A stretch of 63,044 bases of DNA, filler included, from Octopus bimaculoides (GCF_001194135.2; 4 parts of 4 records of this genome joined end to end with filler, not necessarily neighbours in it); one strand, 5' to 3'; shown: positions 39,701 to 52,106, counted from the whole stretch's first letter. The notes: generated by a model from the letters alone, not told the origin. Program-made: numbers and translations.

Positions 39701-40689
39701 AAGCATTACATTTTGACAGACTAAGGCAGCAAACTGGCAGAACCATTAACATACTGACCAAACTGCTGCTAAGCATTTTGTTCATCTTTGCATTGCGAGT
39801 TCAAATCCCGCTGAGGTTGATTTTGCCTTTCATTCATTCAGGGACCAATAAAAATAAGTACCAGATGAACACTACAGTCTATGTAATTCACTCACCCCTG
39901 TCTTGATATTGCTAGCCTTATGCCCAAACTTGAAACCATCACATTTGACAGACTAATCTGAATGCTGAAGGATTGTCATAAGGTGCAGTAGATGCCTGTT
40001 TATAGGCCTTGTTAGGAGAATATTCTGGAAGCTTCTAGAATGATCTATTACGTGATGTCTGGATGCTAATTGGTCCATAACTCAGCCAATCATATGGAAA
40101 AGATGTTACTAAACCATGATTTTTAACTTGGTAATTCATTGATTTGGTTTTAAATCTTGTTACAGGATTAAGCCCAGCAGCTGAAGAATGGTAAGAAACC
40201 TTCAAGAAAGCTGAACAGCAGAAGGTCTTTAAAGAAGAAACCTCACCTCATGCAAGGGTTTCAGCCCTTAACATCTTACACTTTAATGGCGCCAGGCTGC
40301 ATCCAGGTCATGACTCCTAGGTACCCTTCTGCTGACACTTTTTAGCCACTTGGATATTGGAGATCAAAATAGAACTCTTCTCTCTTGACTCAGCTTTCAA
40401 ATTTATACTTAAAGAAGAAATAACAGTTGGTATTTTCTTCTGTACTCTATAAATAAAGTATTGTTTAAAGTTCATAAAATCAAGTATATTTGTAGTATAT
40501 TTTGTCAGCCTATCATAATCTATAATTATCTAGAATAATATTAATGAAGCAAGGAATTTTTCAAAGCGATGCAATACCCTGACAGCTAACAATCAATACG
40601 AGTAATTTTATCCAACCTTCACCAATTCCAAAGTGAATAGAACAGTGTGTATCTGTCTCTCATGGTTGTGACGAGTTTCTGATGATTCT

Positions 40690-41265
40690 ATGATTTTAGT
40701 TTCACCACCCGTCTTGGATTAAATATTTTGCCAAACATGTGCAATTAAGGAATAAATTTCTTTAATAATTCGAACGTTGGGCTTCACCAAAGTGATGACA
40801 AATGACTGAGACCTTTGGAGATATGCTGTGCTTGAGAAAACCTGGCAAGCCAAGTGAGGCCATAACTGTGGCCTATGCCAGTACAGCATAACCAGCCCAT
40901 TTAAGGGCACCCTTCAATCATTGGGCAATAAACTGCGCTTGCAAAGACCTGTTGAGGCAAGTGAAGTTGTTGTTGTGATCGTTGCCAGTGCCACCTGACT
41001 GGCTCCCGTGCCGGAGGCATGTAAAAAGCACTATTCAAGCATGGTCGATGCCAGTGCTGGCCCTCATGCAGATGGCATGTGAAAAGCACCCACTACACTC
41101 TTGGAGTGGTTGGCATTAGGAAGGGCATACAGCTGTAAAAACTTTGCCAGATCAGATTGGAGCTTGGTGCAGCCTTCTGGTTCACCAGCCCTCAGTCAAA
41201 CTGTCCAACCCATGCCAGCATGGAAAATAGACGTTAAACGACGATGATTATGATGATGATGATGA
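40690..41265 (+). mobile_element. Longer RTE 3'-region copy
   Basis: Shares sequence with the reverse complement of 44240-44370 and ends in the (GAT)n tail. Confidence 0.65.
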
Positions 41266-41688
41266 AAATCATTATTAAACCATCTCCTGCTCATTCATTT
41301 AGCTAACATAAAATAACGTGAAACTTTGATGGAAGGTTTTAAATTAAATCTCTTTAACCCTTGTTAAATACATTGTTCAAATACACCGAGCCATTTCAAC
41401 TTATCTTGAAGAGTTTAATAAAATAACTTTGTCATTATTTAAGCTGGTGCTTAGAACATAATAAACATGAAATTTTGATGGAAGATTTTAAATTATATCA
41501 CTTTAAGCTAGTGTTTAGAATGTAAATTAAAATGAAATTTTGAAAGGTTTAAATTTAGATCATTTTAAAAATGAAGCTTGTATTATTAAACAGGGAACAG
41601 TGTCAGGTTGTCTTTATGATCAAAAGGGTTGACTGTTTACCAATCCATATATCTTTTATTTTACCCTCTCTCTCTCTCTTCTTGTATA

Positions 41689-41724
<36 letters not shown>

Positions 41725-42198
41725 ATTATTCAGTTTTATTTCATGGTTTCTTGCCAATAGAGAAAGAGCTGGTTTCTAACCTAGATCCAAGGCTCCTTCA
41801 TTGGAATTTCAACAACATCAACAGGGTTATTTTTCCTTGCATGTGTGTACACGTGCAGTATTTAGGGTCCTTGCATGTGCAGATTTGTACGTTTTGTTTT
41901 ATGTATGTATTCTCATGCATACAGTTACATGTCTAGACATATGCATATATATACTTAAATACTAAACTTCTGGAAAGCATGTAAATAGGTGTGTGAGTGT
42001 ATTTATGAAAGTTTGTGTATATATATTTATGTGTGTGTGTGTGTATAGAAGATTTTATTTTTAGCTGCAAAGCTACTAACAAAGAGACCCTTGTACCATC
42101 TTATGCTTCACCATTACTCTAACAAATTCTAAAATGAAACAAGTGGACCCTCTTCTGTAATCTAACATTTTCAGCAAAAATATTTCATACATTATATA

Positions 42199-42410
42199 GG
42201 TGAAGGTGTGTGGCTAAGTGGTTAGTGGTATTTGGCTCACAATCGTAAGGTTGTGAGTTCAATTTGCAGTGTTGCATTGTGTCTTTGAGGGAGACACTTT
42301 ATTTCTCGTTGCTCCAGACCACTCAGCTGGCAAAAATTATTAGTTCCTGTATTTCAAAGGACCGTCCTTGTCACATTCTGTGTCACACTGTATATTCCTG
42401 AGGACTATGT
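42199..42410 (+). mobile_element. Family E tRNA/CORE-like SINE
   Basis: tggctaagtggttag (A box), gagttcaatt (B box) and gtgtctttgagggagacactttatttc. Confidence 0.65.
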
Positions 42411-42414
42411 TAAA

Positions 42415-43225
42415 CTACCTGGCCCCATGCCATCAAAAACGAGGGCTAATTGTCGTATTTTATATATAAATAAGGTACAAAAGATTTTAGTTTAATAATT
42501 CTTTTATTACCAAATTTTTTGTGAAAAATCTATCTACAATTAACATCGCTTGACTGCTTGTTTCCTTCAAAAGGATTTTAAAGTTTTTCTTTCTTCTTGT
42601 ACAACTTAAGGTCACATAAAGCTGGCCATGACTAAATACGAGAACTGGCAAGTAAATACCAACTTTTCTGAAGTGATGTTTCCTTTCAATTGCTCTCCAT
42701 TACTGAAACCAACCGAAACTCATACGACTTAAAGCTCACAAAAAGCAGTCTGTGACTTATAGCTGATGTTGTAAAAACTCCCTATTCAAAATTTATTACA
42801 TAAATTTCTTAATAGAAATAAATTAGGCACATGGAGGAACAGTTAAATGTGTATTTATAATATACCTTTCAACTGCAGCCGTTTTATATTCTTGATACTT
42901 TGAGGCAATAGTTATTTTATCTAATGAGTTTGTATATGTTTGTGTAGGTGTGTGTGATTGTAATAATTATTTTTAACAAAACAGAATATGGATGGTAAAT
43001 CAAATTAATACACTTCTCAATGTTATCTAGTGATTGTCGTTTGAGATGTGACATCGATCATCGCTTGTTACTAAAAGAACGCTGGTTCACACATACAAAC
43101 ATTCACATACTTTCCTTGTACATGCACACACATACACACACACAGCGTTGAAACGCTGTTTGATTTTTCTTTTCAGCGCTGAATGTTCACCATCCCACTT
43201 CCATTACACACACATTATATATATA
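42415..43225 (-). mobile_element. Helitron relic carrying the Rep/Hel PIF1-helicase C-terminus and 3' terminus
   Basis: Open frame 42660-42487 reads GIYLPVLVFSHGQLYVTLSCTRRKKNFKILLKETSSQAMLIVDRFFTKNLVIKELLN*, matching the PIF1 motif VFSHGQLYVALSR and the Helitron end T.N.V.KE.L. The 3' end is GCCAGGTAG|T, homologous to the 13199 copy. Confidence 0.85.
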
Positions 43226-43802
43226 NNNNNNNNNNNNNNNNNNNNNNNNNNNNNNNNNNNNNNNNNNNNNNNNNNNNNNNNNNNNNNNNNNNNNNNNNNN
43301 NNNNNNNNNNNNNNNNNNNNNNNNNNNNNNNNNNNNNNNNNNNNNNNNNNNNNNNNNNNNNNNNNNNNNNNNNNNNNNNNNNNNNNNNNNNNNNNNNNNN
43401 NNNNNNNNNNNNNNNNNNNNNNNNNNNNNNNNNNNNNNNNNNNNNNNNNNNNNNNNNNNNNNNNNNNNNNNNNNNNNNNNNNNNNNNNNNNNNNNNNNNN
43501 NNNNNNNNNNNNNNNNNNNNNNNNNNNNNNNNNNNNNNNNNNNNNNNNNNNNNNNNNNNNNNNNNNNNNNNNNNNNNNNNNNNNNNNNNNNNNNNNNNNN
43601 NNNNNNNNNNNNNNNNNNNNNNNNNNNNNNNNNNNNNNNNNNNNNNNNNNNNNNNNNNNNNNNNNNNNNNNNNNNNNNNNNNNNNNNNNNNNNNNNNNNN
43701 NNNNNNNNNNNNNNGCACATCCTCTTGTTGTCCATTAATTTTGTTTTTTGTTTATTGAAATTGATTGTTTATTTGAATTATATATATATATATATATATA
43801 TA

Positions 43803-44370
43803 TCATCATCATCGTTTAACGTCCGCTTTCTATGCTAGCATGGGTTGGACGATTTGACTGAGGACTGGTGAACCAGATGGCTGCACTAGGCTCCAGTCTG
43901 ATTTGGCAGAGTTTCTACAGCTGGATGCCCTTCCTAATGCCAACCACTCTGAGAGTGTAGTGGGTGCTTTTACGTGCCACCAGCACGAGGGCCAGTCAGG
44001 CAGTACTGGCAACGGTCACGCTCAAATGGTGTTTTTTACATGCCACCTGCACAGGAAACAGTCAAGTGGTACTGGCAATGACCTCGCTTGAATGTTTTTT
44101 CACGTGCCAGTAAGGTGACGCTGGTAACGATCACGCTCAAATGGTGATATTTACGTGTCACTAGCATGGAAGCCAGACAGCTGCTCTGGCAATGGTCACG
44201 CTTGGACGGTGCTGTTAGCGCTCTACTGGCATGGGTGCCAGTCATCGAATTTGGTCCAATTACGATTTCAATTTCACTTACCCCAACAGGTCTTCGCAAG
44301 CAGAGTTTAGTGCCCAATGAAGGAAAGGTTGGCATGGGTGCCAGTCGTGAAATTTGGTTCGATTTTGGTT
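43803..44370 (-). mobile_element. RTE-type 3' region with 4-5 tandem ~62-66-bp units
   Basis: (CAT)n tail motif next to (TA)n, with repeated gtgccac/ctggcaa.g.tcacgct units at 43970-44240. Confidence 0.8.
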
Positions 44371-44401
44371 TGATATATATATACACACATATATATACAT
44401 A

Positions 44402-44734
44402 TATATATAAAATATATAGTTTTAGGGAAAATAACCAATTTTCAAGAACTCATTGATGAAAATCCACTATCACATATAGAAAAATTAATTATTAGAAGCA
44501 CAATAAATGAGTAATATAAAGTAAAGTAAATATCATAAGATAAATATAATATAATATAATATAATATTATATTATTATATTATATTATATTTATCTTATG
44601 ATATTTACTTTACTTTATATTATACTCATTTATTGTGCTTTTAATTATTAATTTTTCTATATGTGATAGTGGATTTTCATTGATGAGTTCTTGAAAATTG
44701 GTTATTTTCCCTAAAACTATATATTTTATATATA
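44402..44734. repeat. 333-bp AT-rich near-perfect palindrome
   Basis: The arms pair from 44402/44734 inward, with a few substitutions and a 2-nt indel; the centre is (ATAAT)/(ATTAT). Confidence 0.9.
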
Positions 44735-46010
44735 CTTTATCTATAAGGCTCAATTTAATTTTAATTTTTTATAAATTGANNNNNNNNNNNNNNNNNNNNN
44801 NNNNNNNNNNNNNNNNNNNNNNNNNNNNNNNNNNNNNNNNNNNNNNNNNNNNNNNNNNNNNNNNNNNNNNNNNNNNNNNNNNNNNNNNNNNNNNNNNNNN
44901 NNNNNNNNNNNNNNNNNNNNNNNNNNNNNNNNNNNNNNNNNNNNNNNNNNNNNNNNNNNNNNNNNNNNNNNNNNNNNNNNNNNNNNNNNNNNNNNNNNNN
45001 NNNNNNNNNNNNNNNNNNNNNNNNNNNNNNNNNNNNNNNNNNNNNNNNNNNNNNNNNNNNNNNNNNNNNNNNNNNNNNNNNNNNNNNNNNNNNNNNNNNN
45101 NNNNNNNNNNNNNNNNNNNNNNNNNNNNNNNNNNNNNNNNNNNNNNNNNNNNNNNNNNNNNNNNNNNNNNNNNNNNNNNNNNNNNNNNNNNNNNNNNNNN
45201 NNNNNNNNNNNNNNNNNNNNNNNNNNNNNNNNNNNNNNNNNNNNNNNNNNNNNNTAAACTTTTTAATCATGGATAAAATTTTCATAAAAGTCAAAACTGA
45301 AAAGTTACTGAAAGGAAGCCAGGAAGAAGAAAACTCCTGTATTTAAAAATTTTTTTCTTTCAAATTTGTAATCTGTGATGCTTAAAACATACAGATCTGT
45401 AGAAATTACTGTTTTTGGTGTATTACATAATATCTGACTTTATTTTATTTGAACACCTATATACAAACATACAATATACATTACACACACACACATACAC
45501 GAAAAATATCATCATCTTCATCATCATCATTTAACGTCCGTTTTCCATGCTGGCATGGGTTGGACAGTTTGACTGGGGCTGGCAAGCTGGAGGGCTGCAC
45601 CAGACCCCAGTCTGATTTGGCATGGTTTCTATGGCTGGATGCCTTTCCTAACATCAACCACTATGAGAGTGTAATGGGTGCTTTTATGTGCCACTTGCAC
45701 AGGTGCCATTTGCGTGACACCAGTATCTGTTACGACTGTGATTTTGCTCAGCTTGATGTGTCTTCTTCTCAAGCACGACATACTGCCAAAGGTCTTGGTC
45801 ATTGCCTCTGTAGGGCTCAACACTCAAAAGGAGCTCAGCCACTTTGCCTCTGTGAGACCCAATGCTTGAAAGGTGCTTTTTACGTGCCACTTGTGTAACA
45901 CCAGTATCAGCTACGACTATGATTATCCAAGTGTAAAAATTAACAATTGAGCTTGCCGGCTCCTGTCATACCATCCAATACCCATGCCAGCATGAAAATG
46001 GATGTGAAAC

Positions 46011-46565
46011 CGTGTCCCAAAGGAGTTTCGAACACAGAAGTCAGTTGGAAAGATTCTGGCTTCAGTGTTCTGCGACAATGATGAAGTACTCCACAAAATA
46101 TGTCAAAAAGTCGCACCATCAATGCAGAATATTACACGTCTCTGTTGCAGGAACTGTATGAAGCTTTGTAGCTGAAACGCCATGGAAAGCTGAGCTGTGG
46201 TGTCCTGTTTTTGCAGGACAATGCACCAGCACACACAGCACATGAAACTCTATGAAAAATACGTGACTTTGGCTTTGAGTTAATAGACCACCCACCTTAC
46301 TCTCCAGACTTGGACCCCTCCGACTATCACCTCTTTCCACAACTGAAGAAACAGGTCAAGGAATGAAATTTTAATCCAATTTGAAAGTGATTGCTGCTAC
46401 AGAGGACTGGTTGGAGGCCCAACCTTCTGAATTCTCTTTACAGGACTTAGAAAAACTGAAGGACTGCTGGAATAGGTGTGTGAATCCGAGATTGGAATAT
46501 GTTGAATAAAATCCCGATCCTCCTGTATTTTTTTACTCAAAGCCAGGAACTCTTTTGCACCCCAG
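46011..46565 (+). mobile_element. Decayed mariner (D,D34D) transposase C-terminal half, probably with 3' TIR remnant
   Basis: VGKILASVF, TINAEYY.SLL, VLFLQDNAPAH, HPPYSPDLDPSDYHLF (34 residues between the last two catalytic Asp) and W..CV....EYVE* at 46507-46509; several stops and frameshifts. Confidence 0.9.
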
Positions 46566-47195
46566 CTTACACCTGTTTCTACTATAAGAATGCATGTGCA
46601 ACAACATCCTATAAACTTCCTTGGAGCCATGAAGTGTATGTTTATTTCAGAAAACATATGCATGTATGTGTGTGTGTATGCAGTCACTGGGTTTGTGTAT
46701 GAGTAGCACAGAATTTTCAAAACATAGAGGATTAAGTTGGAAAGTAGCCCAAAATGAAGATTACGCCAGTTAAGTATACACGTATTATATATATCTATCT
46801 GAGTCAGATAAATCAGGCGCTCTTATATTGGTAAACAGAGCGGGAATAATATTATTATTAAAATACAATATTACATCATCACATCGGCCACTGTGGATAA
46901 TAAGAGAGTATAATATTGCACTAGCGCGTCGAACAAAAGGCATAGTGGCAATTCTTATGGCTCTTTTACGGTGTTCAAATTCCACTCAGTTCAACTTTGC
47001 CTTTCATCCTTTCGTGGTCGATAAAATAAGTACTGGAACGATATAATCGACTTGTTTCGTCCCCTCAACACTGCTAGCCTTGCGCCAAAATTAGAAAGAA
47101 CTCTCTCTCATATATATATATGTGTGTGTATATATATATATATATGTATATATCTGTGATCCGAACTGAACAAGACGCGTCTTGAACCATAAAGC

Positions 47196-47280
47196 GGCGA
47201 AGGTAAAGAATATGCACACCCGGTGTTTAGGGTTAGGGTTGCGCCGAAAACGGGTGGTGTGCATATTCTTTACATCCGCC
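47196..47280. mobile_element. 85-bp MITE with 25-bp TIRs (2 mismatches), near-perfect 9-bp TSD and a TTAGGG core
   Basis: TIR GGCGAAGGTAAAGAATATGCACACC; flanks CCATAAAGC and CCATATAGC; core GTGTTTAGGGTTAGGGTT. Confidence 0.75.
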
Positions 47281-47348
47281 CCATATAGCTGCATTTTCCG
47301 CGACTTACACACACACACATACATATATGTATATGCCAATCTTTCGTC

Positions 47349-47379
<31 letters not shown>

Positions 47380-49863
47380 TGCATTACCTTTAATTCTATA
47401 ATTATATACTGCATTTTAAGACCAACACATGTTTCATTTGCACCGATTAGTAATCGCTGCACTTGCAACCCTACTACAAAACGGTGCAGTCTCTTCACGG
47501 TCTTAACTTGATATCCCTCGGTGTGGCCGTTTAATGATTTTCTCTTATAAACTCTGCGTTATGTGTGTGTGTGTCGGTGAGAAAGAAAGCCAGTGTGTGC
47601 GTATGTGTGTGTAGGTACATGAAAGTATGCTTCTGTTTGGGTGTGTTTATGCGCCGATGTGTGTGTATGTTTTCTATGTTTGGCTGAATGAGTGTGTCTG
47701 TGTGTGTGTGTGTGTTTTTGTGTATGCATACGTGCGTGAGTGTGCGTGTATAAATATTATATNNNNNNNNNNNNNNNNNNNNNNNATATATATATATATA
47801 TATATATATAAGATAATATTTATATATATATGTATGTTAATGTTTGGGTTTCCTGTGGCCCGGTTCTAATCTATCGTAGTCGATAATTTAATTTGATAAT
47901 AAAAGACTTTTAAATTTCAAAGTTAAGACCTTAAAGTAGCAATTAATCTAAAATAGAAATTAATTAAAAATAGGAAAAAAGTATATGTGCAATTATAAAA
48001 CCCTGTTTAATCAGCTACTTTTATGTGTATGTATATCTACAAGACATACATACACATGCACGCACACATACACAAACTGCATACCACAGCCACCACCATC
48101 ATCAAAAAAAAAAGTTATAGATTTGTAAACAATTTGAAATCGGAAGTCAAACCAAGCTTTTCTTTGCGTGTGAATGCGAGAATGTGGTGTATGTGAATGT
48201 GTGTGCGTGAGAGAAAGAAAGAGAGAGAGAGAGAGAAAGAAAGAAAGCCAAGAGAGAGAGAGAAAGAAAGAAAGCCAAGAGAGAGAGAGAAAGAAAGAAA
48301 GAAAGCCAAGAGAGAGAGAGAGAGAGAGAGAGAAAGAAAGCCAGTGTGTGTGTGTGTGAGATTATGCTTTTGCTTCTATGTGTGCGCGCGCGTGAGAATG
48401 TGTCTAAGCGCCGGTGTGCGTGTGTATGTTCTATGTTTGTGTGAGTGCGTGTATGTGTGTGATGGTATGTTTTTGTGTATATATATGTGTGTGCTGTTGC
48501 GTTTTAACCCCCAGCTGACCTTGATTGTGCAGACTTAAAAATCAAGGCCATTCCAGGGGTGACCATCCCATTTTCTTGTTTCCAGCAATATAATTCTACA
48601 TTGCAATAATGCTAGTTCTAACTCTGTATCAACCCTGATGGAACAGGCACAATCCTATGCGTACCAGCCATGACCACTCCGACTTTTTTCAAGTTTTAGT
48701 ATTCATACATTATCTCCTTTTAAGACGGTGGGTTATGCTTTGAGGGAGATTCAGCTGCTATTTCTAGCAAGCGAGTAACCACATAGAGGCTCGCTCCATC
48801 GTTGGCTCGAAGACGGTCGGATGTGGGTTAAGGTTGATTCTATTTACGTTGAGGTTCTTTTTCAGAGGTTGGTGTGTGTAAGTATACGTATGTGTGTGTG
48901 AGAGAGGGATAGAGTAAGAGAGAAAGCAAAGTGGGATAGAGAGAGAGAGAAATAGAGAGTGGGGTGCAGAGAAAGAGGTAGACAGAGAGGAGTAGAGAGA
49001 GAGAAAGTTAGGTAATGATATAGAGAAAGAGGCAAAAAGAAGGGAATAGAAAAAAAAAGGAATAAAAATGAAAAGAGGAGTAGAGAGAGGGAGGGAAAGA
49101 GAAGGACAAACAAGAAAAATAGAAACGGAGGTAGAGAGAAAGATTCTAAGAGCGGGAGGGGTAATGAGTGAATGAAAGATACAGAAAAGGATAGAGAGCG
49201 AGAAGAGAGAGAAAGAAAAATAGTGAGAAAGAGACGGAGGTACGGTGAGAGAACGAGAGAGGGATGGATACAGTGAGTGGGTAAAGGCAGCGAGATAAAG
49301 TGACGGAGAGTGGTATAGAGAAAGAGAGGGAGCGCGTTAGTGCGCGCGTCCTGATTCAAATGTTCCCGCGCTCTCATCTAACGCTTAAAATAGTTTCAAT
49401 GGGTGACTGACACAAGATTGAGTAACTGACCTATTTTAATTAAACTCATTTCTTAACGACATTAGGGAAGGAAATCAGCTGAATGTTCGCAACATTTATT
49501 TGGGTTTATCCTCTACATTTAACAGGTTGTTTGTTATTGTTACCATTTCTCATCTGATTTCATTTGATGCACATTGAAAAATCCAATAAAATCCATTCCC
49601 TTTTTTTTCTGATGCATTTATTTTTCTGAGAAATAATCCGTCTTCTCCCCTTCCTGTGTTGTCTTTTATTCTGTGATCAATGCTTCTCATTATACACGAG
49701 CACATTGTTAATCGACGGAAGTGAGAGAGTTGATTCGATGGTCGAGAGTTCCGTGCATTGGCACTCACATGTCTGAGAAATACAAATGTGTGAGAGTCTT
49801 TGGGCTTTGAATCACTCTAACTGCTGCTGCATAATAATAATAATAATAATAATAAATTCTTTG

Positions 49864-50652
49864 GTGGACGTTGGAATTAGACACTGAGGGAAAATGGCTG
49901 TAACTTTTTTATCTTTTAATTTTGACGATTTTCGTTTTCGATAATGTGTTCTATATGTCACGGTCATGCGATTCCCCCATAAAAAAATTTTGGACCCCAA
50001 ATCCCCCCTCCCCCCACACNNNNNNNNNNGAACGGCTTACATTTATATTGAAACAGAAAAAGGATCATATGTGGAGTCCCCACCACAAAACTTGATATGC
50101 TAGAAATAACAGCTAAACGCGGACAATCCAAATCTTGCATTGGTCCAGATGGACTATATGTAAATAAATATGAAGGAAAAAATGCGCTTTGGCAAACGGG
50201 GTGAGGGTTAGGGTCGGGTTTAGGGTTAGGTTTTGAGTTAGGGTTAGGGTAAACCTAACCCTAACCCTAACTCTAACCCTGACCCTAACCCTGACCCTGA
50301 CCCTGACCCTAACCCTAACCAGATTTGGCTGTTATTTCTAGCATGTAAATAGCCTGCTCAGTGAGGGGGAGGGGGAATTGAAATGTTTCAAACAATTTTT
50401 TTTCAGAATCGGAATCTCCATAGCCTAAAACGTGGGATTCCGTAAAAAAAATAAATAAATAAGGGGGGGAGGTTCAGATTACATATAGTCCATCTGGACC
50501 AATGCAAGATTTGGATTGTCCGCGTTTAGCTGTTATTTCTAGCATATCAAGTGGGGGGGGGCTTCCAAAATTTTTGTTTTGGGGGAATCGTCAAAATTAA
50601 AAAATAAAAAAGTTACAGCCATTTTCCCTCAGTGTCTAATTTTAATGTCCAC
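49864..50652. repeat. Nested fold-back with a central head-to-head telomere-type array
   Basis: Outer arms about 49864-49930 / 50586-50652; perfect 73-bp inner arms 50091-50163 / 50479-50551; about 8 degenerate G-strand units at 50198-50250 and 11 CCTAAC/CCTGAC units at 50254-50319. Confidence 0.85.
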
Positions 50653-50718
50653 AAGGGCTAAAATAAATCAAAACATTAACGGACAACACAAGAAGATAAT
50701 AATATATATAAAATAATG

Positions 50719-50753
<35 letters not shown>

Positions 50754-50839
50754 AGTATATATGTGTGTGTGTGTGCGTGTGCGCGTATATATCTGTGTGT
50801 GTATATATGTCTGTGCATATGTGTGTGTGTGTGTGTAAT

Positions 50840-51030
50840 TATTCTTTTATTTGTTTCAGTCATTTGACTGCGGCAATGCTGGAGCACCGCCTTTAGTCGA
50901 ACAAATCGACCCCAGAACTAAGCCTAGTACTTACTCTATCGGTCTCTTTTGCCGAACCGCTAAGTTACGAGGACGTAAACACACCAGCATCGTTTCTCAA
51001 GCGATGGTGGGAGGACAAACGGACGCATAC
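50840..51030 (-). mobile_element. Family A SINE 3' body, interrupted by the Penelope-like relic
   Basis: Body motifs end at gcgatggtgggaggacaaac. Confidence 0.7.
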
Positions 51031-51033
51031 AAC

Positions 51034-51826
51034 GATACACTCTCACGCATAGCTCGCCACTTCATCCTACGTTGATATCCCCTCACCACTATCCACACCG
51101 CCCTTGCTAGAGCACGTTCCATAGACCGTGCATCTACTGTTCCCCCGCACCCGCTCCGCCGNNNNNNNNNNNNNNNNNNNNNNNNNNNNNNNNNNNNNNN
51201 NNNNNNNNNNNNNNNNNNNNNNNNNNNNNNNNNNNNNNNNNNNNNNNNNNNNNNNNNNNNNNNNNNNNNNNNNNNNNNNNNNNNNNNNNNNNNNNNNNNN
51301 NNNNNNNNNNNNNNNNNNNNNNNNNNNNNNNNNNNNNNNNNNNNNNNNNNNNNNNNNNNNNNNNNNNNNNNNNNNNNNNNNNNNNNNNNNNNNNNNNNNN
51401 NNNNNNNNNNNNNNNNNNNNNNNNNNNNNNNNNNNNNNNNNNNNNNNNNNNNNNNNNNNNNNNNNNNNNNNNNNNNNNNNNNNNNNNNNNNNNNNNNNNN
51501 NNNNNNNNNNNNNNNNNNNNNNNNNNNNNNNNNNNNNNNNNNNNNNNNNNNNNNNNNNNNNNNNNNNNNNNNNNNNNNNNNNNNNNNNNNNNNNNNNNNN
51601 NNNNNNNNNNNNNNNNNNNNNNNNNNNNNNNNNNNNNNNNNNNNNNNNNNNNNNNNNNNNNNNNNNNNNNNNNNNNNNNNNNNNNNNNNNNNNNNNNNNN
51701 NNNNNNNNNNNGCAACACCTGTCTGTGTTTGGGTTGTCCTTGCACAGGGGCCATCCGGACTCCCGTTTTCACCGTGAATAGGGATTAATCTTCTCTCTTC
51801 TCTCCTTTGCGTCACATGGGCTCAAC
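51034..51826 (+). mobile_element. Penelope-like element relic (RT C-terminal region, gap, GIY-YIG endonuclease C-terminus)
   Basis: DTLSRIARHFILR*YPLTTIHTALARARSIDR fits the PLE F..RGYP...I..A..RA pattern. After the gap, LSVFGL...DSRFHRE*GLIFSLLSFASHGLN fits the R..RE..LI..L....P.GLN pattern. Confidence 0.75.
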
Positions 51827-52106
51827 TATCCCCACTCTTCATCTAACCCTCCTCCCCTCTCCTCTCTCCCTCTCACACCTACTTCCTCCCTCCCACCTCT
51901 CCTCTCTTGCTCTGACTCCTACTTCTCTTCACTCCTATCCTCTCTTCTCTTCACTCCTACCCACCTTCTCCCTTCCCCCTCTCTCTTCATCCTCACCCCT
52001 CCCTCGTAGCCCCGGGACCAAAAGTGAGAGGACGTGTACGTTACGTTAAGAGGATGAGCTTTCGAATAACCTCTTTCTTTCCTTGATCATCAGAGAAGCT
52101 AATCAC

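Noticed and set aside
40021-40400. Possible processed pseudogene
   Set aside because: Stop density in the best frame is about what AT-rich random sequence gives, and no family is recognisable.
49769-49772. 4-nt minus-strand micro-exon (ctcag|ACAT|gtgagt)
   Set aside because: The signals are plausible but the length is implausible and frame-shifting, with no supporting context.
50198-50320. Ancestral chromosome-fusion site
   Set aside because: The array is only about 120 bp, with no subtelomeric context or synteny evidence; it is kept only as a local fold-back finding.
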